Positions 10,017-18,836 of a DNA stretch of 64,000 bases are shown piece by piece. The DNA is taken from NCBI GenBank assembly GCA_036679605.1, contig JAZDCZ010000327.1:29094-93093 (forward strand), in the 5' to 3' direction. Positions within the stretch are counted from its first letter, which is position 1. Every line of letters starts with the position of its first letter. A program made the position numbers and the translations under genes. The notes under the pieces are model-generated. The model was not told where the DNA came from, ran no database searches, and saw nothing but the letters and a program-made list of their open reading frames with translations. The stretch is from Gemmatimonadota bacterium (GTDB lineage: Bacteria > Gemmatimonadota > Gemmatimonadetes > Gemmatimonadales > GWC2-71-9).

Positions 10017-11342
10017 CTAGTTCTCCCTTGAACCGCGCAGCCGGTTACTGATCAGTTCAGCTATTGCCCTATGCCCAAACACATTTGGATGCCCATCAGC
10101 TGTAGGTTGATACGGTTGACTGCCAGCTAAGAACTGTTTTCGCAGGGCCGGCAGGGCATCTACATACTCGATACCATATCTGTCGAGAAAATCGACAGTG
10201 GTACGCAAAAATAATTCTTCATTCTCGATCAATGATCGATAGCTTGCAGTTGGTCTCTCAACAAGATCCCGAAACACCGACTCCTTCGTTGGGATCAAGA
10301 CAACTAGAAATCGTATGCTATCGGCGGTAGCAAGATCATTCATTTGTCGTATTGCCTTGAGCGAAATCTGCAACCCTTCAGCGATTCTGGGATCCTGAAG
10401 ATCGAGAACTGAAAGACGATACTCAGACGTAAAAAGTGTCTTGTACTGACCCTTCTCAAATACATGGGCGTACCGCGAGTGTTCCTCCGCAAATAGTTTT
10501 TGCTCTTGCCAGACGATTTGAGGAGTGTTCTTGAGTTCGAAAAGATAGCGCGCACCGGCATACCTAAGGCGTCGCAGCAGTCCATACAACCTTGAATGCA
10601 AGGAGAGAAAGCGTAGTGGGGAACTCTCGTTGCTTGAACTCGTTGCATCGATCGTTTCGCCCATCGCATACATCTGAGACACACGTTCGGCTATTGACTC
10701 CGATTCTTCCGCTGACCGCACTGACGACTGCACCGATCGGCTGCGGCTCTTCAGCTCGGCCAAGAGACCTCGGTTGTATACGAGGTTGAAGGAGTCATAC
10801 AAATCATTGCCTGCGTAAAACGCTTCAATGATCACTTTCGGACGTAGGGCAACTGCTTGGTTCCATAGAATGAGGCTGTGGGTAGGTCCATAGCCCCCAA
10901 ACGCCATACTGTACACGGCCTCTCCGGTCATGGATTCCAATTGCCTTGGCCATGCATTGCGAGGTTCAACACCAGTACCGTAGGTTTGCGAATCACCGAG
11001 CCCAATGATATCAGCCTCTATTGGCACGTTCGGATTGCGAAAGCCGTTTCTGTCGTGCCCTGGGTATTCGGGACTGGGACGATGACCGAGTCGGGGGTCA
11101 GGAAGAGTCTGAGGAATGGTGGACCATGGTGACGAAAGCAACCGTTCAACCTCAGGCGACGCCATTGCCAGGAGTTTGAGACCGCTCTCTAGGAGAGTAA
11201 TGGTCACCAAAGCTGTAAGCAGTGCAAAAAAAGCCTGCTTCTTACTGAATTTGGTCCGTCGCAACGCCCACTCCTCCGGATATCGCCAAGGCGTGTTCCA
11301 ACCGCTCGGCCCGTTTGGCAAGGACTCCTTGTCAATTGTCAA
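10017..11342 (-). CDS. SGNH/GDSL hydrolase family protein (AlgX/AlgJ-like, membrane anchored)
   Basis: N-terminal TM helix, LGDSQTYG, GGYG, AGND, DGHPN. Confidence 0.85.
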   Translation of the reverse strand: MTIDKESLPNGPSGWNTPWRYPEEWALRRTKFSKKQAFFALLTALVTITLLESGLKLLAMASPEVERLLSSPWSTIPQTLPDPRLGHRPSPEYPGHDRNGFRNPNVPIEADIIGLGDSQTYGTGVEPRNAWPRQLESMTGEAVYSMAFGGYGPTHSLILWNQAVALRPKVIIEAFYAGNDLYDSFNLVYNRGLLAELKSRSRSVQSSVRSAEESESIAERVSQMYAMGETIDATSSSNESSPLRFLSLHSRLYGLLRRLRYAGARYLFELKNTPQIVWQEQKLFAEEHSRYAHVFEKGQYKTLFTSEYRLSVLDLQDPRIAEGLQISLKAIRQMNDLATADSIRFLVVLIPTKESVFRDLVERPTASYRSLIENEELFLRTTVDFLDRYGIEYVDALPALRKQFLAGSQPYQPTADGHPNVFGHRAIAELISNRLRGSREN

Positions 11343-11383
11343 TTAACTATACCACCAGGTGGGCGAATCTTACCTATGTATCG

Positions 11384-12391
11384 CTATAGATCTGACTTGC
11401 CGTAGAGCCTTTCCCTTGCCATCAAATGCACACAGATCGCAGCCGCTTTGAATCGAGCACTCTGTCCGGCCTGGGTCACAGTAGACTTTAACACTCTCGC
11501 AAATTCTTCAGCAGGGTCCTTCGGAAATGCGGCGTAGAATTCTTCTAACCCGTCGGAATTATCCGCCGTTGCCTGAGAAAACTCCCTAAGCTTGTCATGA
11601 ATGTCCGCCAACGTCTGGGCGCACCAGCACCCAGGAAACGGCCAGGAGAATATGACATGCTTGCGCCTTCTGAGGGCATCAAGTACCATGCGCGGCATTC
11701 CGTCGTGCCGCGTAATGCGAAGGAGACAACCGACACGGGACCAGACGGGCTCAAGATCGTCCATCCAACCCGGGCTCTCCACATTTGGATATTCTGTGAA
11801 ACGATTCAATTCGTCAGCCACGATGATAAACTCAATATCGCTATTCCTCCGAATCAACTCCTCTACGGCCGGGCCACTATAGAATTCAAACCGGTTAGTC
11901 GGCAAGTAAACGAGTACTTTCTTAGGTAATCGCTTGCTACCCACTTGTGGCCACTCGCCTCTCGAATCAACGACCGAGGGAATCGGACGGGACTTCAAAC
12001 CTATAGTACTCAACTCCTCAACGAGGTGAGGGGCTACAGCGATGTTGCATGCGACAATCCGATCCAGCAGGAGCGCGGCTCGTTTGGTCTCAGGATCCGT
12101 CAAGCAGTTCAGTACGTCTGTTCCGACCCACCACCTGACAATGGGCGTGCCGAGAGATCTGGCAACGCTCAGCTGCCGGATGGAGTGCAGGTCGGGTCCA
12201 TTATACGCGACATGGATGATGACATGATGCTGCCGAAAGAGGCGTATCCAACTACGAACGCCGCAAGGCCTTTCGCGCGCAACAAACGTTGAGACGAAGC
12301 CCATTTCATTCAAACGCCTTGCTAATGTCAGCGAGGGTGCTGATGACACCGGTTTCTCACCGAAGAACAAGATCCTAAGCTGGTCACACAT
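11384..12391 (-). CDS. Putative GT-B glycosyltransferase
   Basis: WWVGTDV, HDGMPRMVLDAL (E/D-x7-E/D-like motif); located in the polysaccharide operon. Confidence 0.6.
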   Translation of the reverse strand: MCDQLRILFFGEKPVSSAPSLTLARRLNEMGFVSTFVARERPCGVRSWIRLFRQHHVIIHVAYNGPDLHSIRQLSVARSLGTPIVRWWVGTDVLNCLTDPETKRAALLLDRIVACNIAVAPHLVEELSTIGLKSRPIPSVVDSRGEWPQVGSKRLPKKVLVYLPTNRFEFYSGPAVEELIRRNSDIEFIIVADELNRFTEYPNVESPGWMDDLEPVWSRVGCLLRITRHDGMPRMVLDALRRRKHVIFSWPFPGCWCAQTLADIHDKLREFSQATADNSDGLEEFYAAFPKDPAEEFARVLKSTVTQAGQSARFKAAAICVHLMARERLYGKSDL

Positions 12392-12455
12392 TCATTCTAG
12401 AATCCGCTTGGGCTGCTACATTGCCGCCAGTGCTCACCGCCATCAGTGTTCCGGA

Positions 12456-13202
12456 TCAGCGCCGATTAGTACAAACGGCAAGCAAATAGAGGCCGCGATC
12501 GAGTTGTTGCTCCGCGAGTCGATCCAATCTCTCGTAAAGCGTCCAGCCCCCCGGAGCTCTTGAGATTAGATGACGTAGTCTCTGACGAAAAGGGTGCAGG
12601 CGATACCAATAGCTAGTGTCAAATGTCGTAACATCAACAGATTTCATGCGATGCCTCACCAAATGCAAAAACTCTGTGTGCGAGAGCCAACGTTCAATCG
12701 GCTGTGGCTCTGCGCTCGTGGCGGAAAAGTAGGTCGCCTGGTATCTGCCATTGGGTGTTGTTATTACAAGTCGTCCACCCTTCTTCAAATGTTTAACCAG
12801 AAGATCCACAAATCCGGCCTGGTCATCAACGTGCTCAAGGACTTCACTGCACGTGACAACATCAAATCTGCAAGGAAACGTGTATGTTCCGAAGGCACCT
12901 TGTACAACCTGTGCCCGGGGTGTTCGTTGGCTGGCGTTTTGCACAGCGACAGCAGACGGATCGATTCCAAATAGGGAGCAATCTTCAACTACTTTGGCAA
13001 TCCCTTCAAGAAGCCACCCGTTACCACAGCCGACATCCAAAATCTTGGGGCTCGCCAAAAATCGTACAGCTTTACGAACCGCAGAGACCACCAGTGATAC
13101 TCTCTTTGGATTAGGTGGCTGCTGATGTTGGGCCTCCCGTTTCCAGCGTGAGTCATAGTACTTTGCTGCTGATCGTTCTAGAGCATGTGGGTCGATAACC
13201 AT
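12456..13202 (-). CDS. Class I SAM-dependent methyltransferase
   Basis: ILDVGCGNG, FDVVTCSEVLEHV, LKKGGRLVITTPN. Confidence 0.92.
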   Translation of the reverse strand: MVIDPHALERSAAKYYDSRWKREAQHQQPPNPKRVSLVVSAVRKAVRFLASPKILDVGCGNGWLLEGIAKVVEDCSLFGIDPSAVAVQNASQRTPRAQVVQGAFGTYTFPCRFDVVTCSEVLEHVDDQAGFVDLLVKHLKKGGRLVITTPNGRYQATYFSATSAEPQPIERWLSHTEFLHLVRHRMKSVDVTTFDTSYWYRLHPFRQRLRHLISRAPGGWTLYERLDRLAEQQLDRGLYLLAVCTNRR

Positions 13203-13465
13203 GATGACCTATTCGTCCGTCAGCTGTTTCAAGGAATACCAAAGCGTGGTCTTGCGGTGAGACTCCGGCATTACTTTGGAAGCGCCCAGCATGTTCCATT
13301 TTGATTCGCTGTCATCAAACATCTTTTCTCCAGAACTCACTCGTGCTGAGGCTCGGTTATCCTGTCGTCTAGAAGTTGGAGACATGAACTTCATGGACGG
13401 TGTCTGAGGGTTCCCAATAGGGAAAGCACTAGAAGGCGAACGGAATGCAGATTGAGTCAGGAACA

Positions 13466-14641
13466 TTAGAGCACCTTCATTGAAGGATTAAGCTGGACTG
13501 ACCCCTCCGCACCATGCCCCCGCACGTTCGCCATAGCGATTGGCCCGCGATGTACGTCCGTGTGGCGTGTGTTGCGTACGACGGATTCGATGAGATAGGA
13601 ACCGTCGGGCAGATTCATTTGCAGGCTCATGTCGACTACGAAGTCGCGTTCCTCTGGCAGTTCCATCTTGAGTACTTCGTTACTAACTACGAAGAGAGCT
13701 TCCCCCGTTGCTGGGGACTTGACCCTCACTACGATGCCTTCGCCATCAACAGAACATTCACAGGTTCTTTGGGTGTGGATGAGAATTCGTAGACGTGCTC
13801 CCGATTCTACGGTGGAGCCGTCGGGCAACTCCACTTGGTTGATCTGGTATGGCGAATTGAAACGAGCATCTTCTGATGGCGTAGCATTGCCTGAAATATA
13901 TTTCGCGACACAATCGGACGGATTGCCTTCGAAAACTACGCTTCCCTGGTCGAGGAGCAAAGCGCGGTTACACAACGACACGACTCTTTGAAGTTGATGG
14001 GTGACTATTATGACGGGGATGCCGCTCTTGACTAGTCGGTGGAGGTGCTCAAACGCTCTTGCCTGAAATTGCCAGTCGCCAACTGCAAGCACTTCATCGA
14101 TAAGGAGGACATCGGGATCGAGGTGCGCAGCGATTGAGAACCCCAACCGGGCGTTCATTCCGCTCGAATAGCGCTTAACCGGAGTATCGATGAAATCCGA
14201 AATTCCTGAGAACTCCACGATCGCGTCGAACTTCCGGACTATCTCAGCCCGCTTCATTCCTGAAATCGCCCCCTGAAGGTAAAGGTTCTCGCGACCAGTC
14301 AGATCCGGATGAAATCCGGCCGCGATCTCGATCAGTGCTCCCACTCGTCCCTTGATGTCCATCGCTCCGCGGTTAGGACGGAGGATCCTGTTCAGGATCT
14401 TTAGCATCGTGGACTTTCCGGCGCCGTTTGGACCGATGATGCCGAGGGCCTCTCCAGGCTTGACGTCGAAGCTCACATCGCGCAGCGCCCAGAAGTCGCC
14501 CTCGTCGAGCCGATCCCGCTTCGGCCCGCGCCCAACCAGCCTCTTCGCCATCGCGGGGACTAAATCCCGCAGGCTGTCATGCACCTCGCCCTTGTGGAAC
14601 TTCTTCCATACCCCATCTACTACGATCCCGTGCTCAGCCAT
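13466..14641 (-). CDS. wzt: Polysaccharide ABC exporter ATPase with C-terminal carbohydrate-binding extension
   Basis: GPNGAGKST, GFHPDLTGREN, YSSGM signature, LLIDEVLAVGD, plus a ~140 aa C-terminal domain. Confidence 0.92.
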   Translation of the reverse strand: MAEHGIVVDGVWKKFHKGEVHDSLRDLVPAMAKRLVGRGPKRDRLDEGDFWALRDVSFDVKPGEALGIIGPNGAGKSTMLKILNRILRPNRGAMDIKGRVGALIEIAAGFHPDLTGRENLYLQGAISGMKRAEIVRKFDAIVEFSGISDFIDTPVKRYSSGMNARLGFSIAAHLDPDVLLIDEVLAVGDWQFQARAFEHLHRLVKSGIPVIIVTHQLQRVVSLCNRALLLDQGSVVFEGNPSDCVAKYISGNATPSEDARFNSPYQINQVELPDGSTVESGARLRILIHTQRTCECSVDGEGIVVRVKSPATGEALFVVSNEVLKMELPEERDFVVDMSLQMNLPDGSYLIESVVRNTRHTDVHRGPIAMANVRGHGAEGSVQLNPSMKVL

Positions 14642-14644
14642 GGA

Positions 14645-15616
14645 TCAGGCATACTCCGCGAAGAGAAACTCGAGCCGGTGGAACAGCAGTGAGGCACCCA
14701 GAAGGCCGAGCAACGCCCAGCCAGCACTGTAGGCCAGGTACCAGGGCGACCAGACCAACACTGTCTCACCGCTGGGCAGAGCTTCCATAATCGGTGCCAG
14801 AAGCCCCTGGCCCTCTACCACCGTTAACCGAATGCCCTCCAAAATGGGCGCCACGGGGTTCATCATCATGAGCTTGGCTCCCAATGGTCCCATCATGACC
14901 GGCTCGAAGAACACCGGAGTGAAGAATATCCCAAACATCAGAATGACTTGCACAAGGTATTTGACGTCTCGAAAGAACAGGTTGGCCGAACTCAAGAACA
15001 GCGCGGCCGCCCATGTGAACAGGAAAAGCAGTAGCGCCAATACCGGAATCCACAGCAGCGCCAGTGAGAACCCCACCCCCAGCACCGGAAGCAAGAGCAC
15101 CAGACCGAGAGACCCTACCGCTGTGTCGAACGCCTGCGCGAACACCGAGGCGACAGGTAGAACCTCTCGCGGGAAATAGATCTTCGTGACCAGGTTCTGG
15201 TTGGCGATGAGACTCGTGTTGGCAAACCCGATCGCCCCTACGAAGAACGCCCAGGGAAGCGCACGGACTGCGATCCCCGCCATGGCCGCCCGCTCCACAC
15301 CACCACCAGACAGGTGGGACATAGCTATCCGGACGACCATTCCCGCGAGCACGATCAGCATCGGCATGAAGATGGCCCATGCGAACCCCATCACCGCCTG
15401 TTTGTAGCGGATCCGAATGTCGCGCAGTACGAACTGGTACAGTAGTTCTCGATACACCCAATAATCCCGAACAACCTCGCTCAGGTCAGCTAAGGCCGAG
15501 CGATGCGGCTCGGCCGAAGGTTCGGCTGCTACCCTCTGATGCTCGATCGGGCCGCTACCGGTCTCCGAGAGATCCTGGGTGCCCCTGCTAGGGGAAACGT
15601 TGAGATTGGTCATCAC
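14645..15616 (-). CDS. wzm: Polysaccharide ABC exporter permease
   Basis: RDIRIRYKQAVMGFAWA, KIYFPRE, FFRDV, TPVFF, NP motifs; adjacent to wzt. Confidence 0.92.
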   Translation of the reverse strand: MMTNLNVSPSRGTQDLSETGSGPIEHQRVAAEPSAEPHRSALADLSEVVRDYWVYRELLYQFVLRDIRIRYKQAVMGFAWAIFMPMLIVLAGMVVRIAMSHLSGGGVERAAMAGIAVRALPWAFFVGAIGFANTSLIANQNLVTKIYFPREVLPVASVFAQAFDTAVGSLGLVLLLPVLGVGFSLALLWIPVLALLLFLFTWAAALFLSSANLFFRDVKYLVQVILMFGIFFTPVFFEPVMMGPLGAKLMMMNPVAPILEGIRLTVVEGQGLLAPIMEALPSGETVLVWSPWYLAYSAGWALLGLLGASLLFHRLEFLFAEYA

Positions 15617-15741
15617 GCTGCATCGACCACCGCAAGGACCAGGGCACCCGACTCTTTTTCAGTGGGACTGCCGCAAGTTGTTGTATTTCATACAGTTAGC
15701 TATGTGATCGAGGGTTTTCTGCCGACCTCTACGGATTGACT

Positions 15742-15833
15742 TGTTGCATCGACACCACACCGAGCGCCAACCTCTGCGGTACCGTGCTATCGTGTGAAGG
15801 CATCATACCCCCAAACCCCGGTATGCGGCTTGC
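15742..15833 (+). promoter_or_regulatory. Candidate enhancer site plus sigma54 promoter
   Basis: TGTTGCATCGACACCACA (15742-15759) and GGTATGCGGCTTGC (15820-15833) upstream of the ATG at 15901. Confidence 0.5.
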
Positions 15834-15900
15834 CATAATGCGGCTGTCAGAGGTTCCGGTACCCATCAACGGTAGCCCCTTTTTTCACGACAGGACAAAC

Positions 15901-17022
15901 ATGACCCAGCAACGTCCCTTGCGCGTGCTGTATCAATACAGATCACAGCACCTTGATACGGGCTCGCCACGGGCATTGCTCAGACTCATCGAACTCGTCG
16001 ACAGGAACATCGTGGACCCATGGTTCATGGCAAGTGGTGACGGTCCGTTGATCGACGCTCTTCGGGAAAGGAATGTGACTATCGTAGAGGGAGGAATGCA
16101 GACGATATCTCATCGGCACCCGCTGAGGTCAGTTCGAGCAATCGCGCGCCAGAGGCACAGGCTGCGTAGTTGGAAGATCGATGTGGTGCACCTGAACGAA
16201 CTGGGTTGGAACCAGGATCTCATCTTCGCCGCTGCTTCACTGCGCCTTCCGGTCTTCCTTCACGTCCATCTGCCTCAAGCCATCGAGTTCCGCAACGCGC
16301 ATCGGCTCCTGGCATCAAAGGTTATCCTGGTTTCCGAGGAACAGCGGGTATCGATCCGTCACTTTCATCGCATCATGGACAAGGCAATCGTGATTCACAA
16401 TCCCGTGGATCTCGCGACATTTGCATCGGGCAAGAACATTCGCGACGCCCTCAGCTTGCGAAGCGACCAGCGGGTTGTCGGAACCATTGCACAGATTCGA
16501 CCGAACAAGGGTATCGTGACCCTAGTCGAGACTGCCCGACTGCTAATACCCCGCCAACCGAAACTCATATTCCTAGTCGTGGGCCCCGATGGCAAAGGAC
16601 ATGGCCCGTTCGCCGATGACATGAGGCGACTGGTGGGAGAACCCGTGTTCGACGACCGCGTGAGGTTTCTTGGATCTCGAACGGACATCGCCGACCTTCT
16701 TGCAACCTTTGATGTGTTCTTTCTTCCTACGGAACTCGAAACATTGAACATGTCGGTCACCGAGGCTATGGCGGCCAGCGTTCCGGTGGTAACGAGCCCA
16801 GTGCACGGCATGGCCGAACTCATCCCGTCGTCAGAGTTCGGACGTGTGGTCACGCCACCAACCGCCGCAGGGTTCGCCCAGACTATTGAGGACTTGCTGA
16901 CGGACCCAGAGCTTGCATCAGGCATCGGTGCACGGGCATGCCACAGCCTGACGGCTCGCTTCGATCGTGCTAGCGTATCGAGCAAACTGAATGAGTTGTA
17001 CAGCAGTCTCTTTCTCCCTTAA
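15901..17022 (+). CDS. GT4 glycosyltransferase
   Basis: IHNPVD, PNKG, ETLNMSVTEAMAASVPVV; start placed at MTQQR after AGGA (ORF extends to 15736). Confidence 0.9.
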   Translation: MTQQRPLRVLYQYRSQHLDTGSPRALLRLIELVDRNIVDPWFMASGDGPLIDALRERNVTIVEGGMQTISHRHPLRSVRAIARQRHRLRSWKIDVVHLNELGWNQDLIFAAASLRLPVFLHVHLPQAIEFRNAHRLLASKVILVSEEQRVSIRHFHRIMDKAIVIHNPVDLATFASGKNIRDALSLRSDQRVVGTIAQIRPNKGIVTLVETARLLIPRQPKLIFLVVGPDGKGHGPFADDMRRLVGEPVFDDRVRFLGSRTDIADLLATFDVFFLPTELETLNMSVTEAMAASVPVVTSPVHGMAELIPSSEFGRVVTPPTAAGFAQTIEDLLTDPELASGIGARACHSLTARFDRASVSSKLNELYSSLFLP

Positions 17023-17104
17023 CTGCGCGAACACTGCATCAGCAGCGAGCAGCGCGCTGGAGCATCCAACGCCGCGTCGACCACCGAGTGTTGTTGGCAA
17101 GTGG

Positions 17105-18151
17105 TCAGCCGGCGTAAGGGACCCCTCGGCGGAGATTCCTGAGCGCCGCACGTAGCTTGGTCGGTACCAAGCTCTTAGCCAGCATTGCGAGAACGGTCCA
17201 CGATCTGCGCCACGCCCAAGCCTTCATCAAGGCTCTGCGTTCCTCCCGCGTGGCACCGGCCACGGCATAATAGTAGGCAAGGTCCATGCATCGAGTCGCG
17301 ACCAGACTACGACAGGCTTTCTGATCAGCAGGTGACATCTGTGCCGCTCCCCGCAAATAATTTCCTATGTACAACTCAACATTGCATTGTAAGACACTCT
17401 CGGACTTCGATGTGTCAACTCCCACTCTGAAATGGCCCGTGTGCGAATCCGGGCGCAAGCGAAAGTAGCTCAGTGGCTCATCCAGATAAGCGAACTGGCC
17501 CTGGAGCGCTAGGCGCAGCCACAGGTCTTCGTCTTGGTTGTACCTTAGGGCCTCCGAGAAACCACCAGCCACTTGGAATGCTTCCAATCGGACCGTCACG
17601 GCGGACGTGTGCATCGGGATCTGCTCCAGCGACATGAACGAATAGAAGCTTGGCTTGCAGACGTACAAGCCCTCACCTACCGCATCCAGATACTTCCCTG
17701 CACGCTCAACGAACTTCGTTCCCCCCAAGAACGGTTCCTGGTCCGCCACATCCTCATTTTCCCAAAAGCGCACGTGGTCGTGGAATACCGCAGTCAGTTG
17801 TGAGTTCGCCTGAAGCACATGAATGGCGCGTTCGACGCGTTCCGGATGGTAGAAGTCGTCGGCGTCCAAGAACGCCACGAACGGTGTTCTTACGTGTTCG
17901 ATCCCGCGGTTCCGTACCACTCCTGGGAACCCGGTGTGTTCAATTTGTACGAGCCTGACGCGCTCATCTTCATTGGCAATCTGCTTTACGATACGAACTG
18001 TGGCATCGGTGGATCCGTCATCTACGACGATCACTGTTAGCCGCGGCTCTGATTGGGAGAGCACAGATTCCAGGCTTTGGCGAAGATACAGTTCGCAATT
18101 AAAGCTGGCTATGATGATGGAGATCAGCGAATCAGAACTCGCAGTCATCAT
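17105..18151 (-). CDS. GT2 glycosyltransferase
   Basis: ISIIIASFN, VDDGSTD, RNRG, FLDADD, DEDLWLR. Confidence 0.92.
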   Translation of the reverse strand: MMTASSDSLISIIIASFNCELYLRQSLESVLSQSEPRLTVIVVDDGSTDATVRIVKQIANEDERVRLVQIEHTGFPGVVRNRGIEHVRTPFVAFLDADDFYHPERVERAIHVLQANSQLTAVFHDHVRFWENEDVADQEPFLGGTKFVERAGKYLDAVGEGLYVCKPSFYSFMSLEQIPMHTSAVTVRLEAFQVAGGFSEALRYNQDEDLWLRLALQGQFAYLDEPLSYFRLRPDSHTGHFRVGVDTSKSESVLQCNVELYIGNYLRGAAQMSPADQKACRSLVATRCMDLAYYYAVAGATREERRALMKAWAWRRSWTVLAMLAKSLVPTKLRAALRNLRRGVPYAG

Positions 18152-18266
18152 GCATGGCCTCTTACAACCGATTGCCCACCAGAAGGGGACCTTTTCATGC
18201 GGCCAGCACCGCGCCTACCGATCGCACGCGGCGGACCCAACGCATACAAATACTATGGGGTCGTAC

Positions 18267-18425
18267 CTAGAAAATGGTGTAGATGAACGGCGCCAACGCC
18301 GACCCCTGAGCAAATACCAGCAACGCTCCCACCATCACCATTACCAGTACAATCGGCAACAGCCAAAATTTCTTGCGGACCTTCATGAATGCCCAGAATT
18401 CTCTTACCAGACTCGACTGGCTCAT
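18267..18425 (-). CDS. DUF5989/SxtK-like small membrane protein (52 aa)
   Basis: Below the ORF-track cutoff. Manual translation MSQSSLVREFWAFMKVRKKFWLLPIVLVMMVVGALLVFAQGSALAPFIYTIF has the characteristic RKKFWLLP...APFIYT.F pattern. Confidence 0.88.
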   Translation of the reverse strand: MSQSSLVREFWAFMKVRKKFWLLPIVLVMVMVGALLVFAQGSALAPFIYTIF

Positions 18426-18434
18426 GTATTCACC

Positions 18435-18836
18435 CTAAAATTGACGTTCCAGATCGCTGCGTACCGACGACGCCCGCGAAACCCACACGGAGTCTCCGCC
18501 GCGTTGTGCGGTAAGGGGGTTGCGACCGAATAGACGCATCACCACCCCTATCGGCATCAATACCACGTAGTATACCACCCCCATAAAGATCGGCGTTGTC
18601 ACCTTGGAGATAGCGTGCGCCAGGCCCATCCACGCCCGATGGACCGGGCCCAGACGATCGGGAATGATCAAACCGGCGCCGAGGAACAACGCTGCAACAG
18701 ACCAGACAACAAGGTCTGCCGGCTCTTTGCCCCGCCACCAGAGAATGGTCCCCAGGACTCCAAATGCAATGCCGAGGGTGAGGCCAAAGCTACGGCCCTC
18801 CTTGCGGCTCAGTCTAGCTGGAATTCCTGTCGCCAA
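18435..18836 (-). CDS. SxtJ family membrane protein
   Basis: EGRSFG, RAWMGLAHAISKVTTPIFMG, DLERQF terminus; probable TTG start overlapping the end of the carbamoyltransferase. Confidence 0.85.
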   Translation of the reverse strand: MATGIPARLSRKEGRSFGLTLGIAFGVLGTILWWRGKEPADLVVWSVAALFLGAGLIIPDRLGPVHRAWMGLAHAISKVTTPIFMGVVYYVVLMPIGVVMRLFGRNPLTAQRGGDSVWVSRASSVRSDLERQF

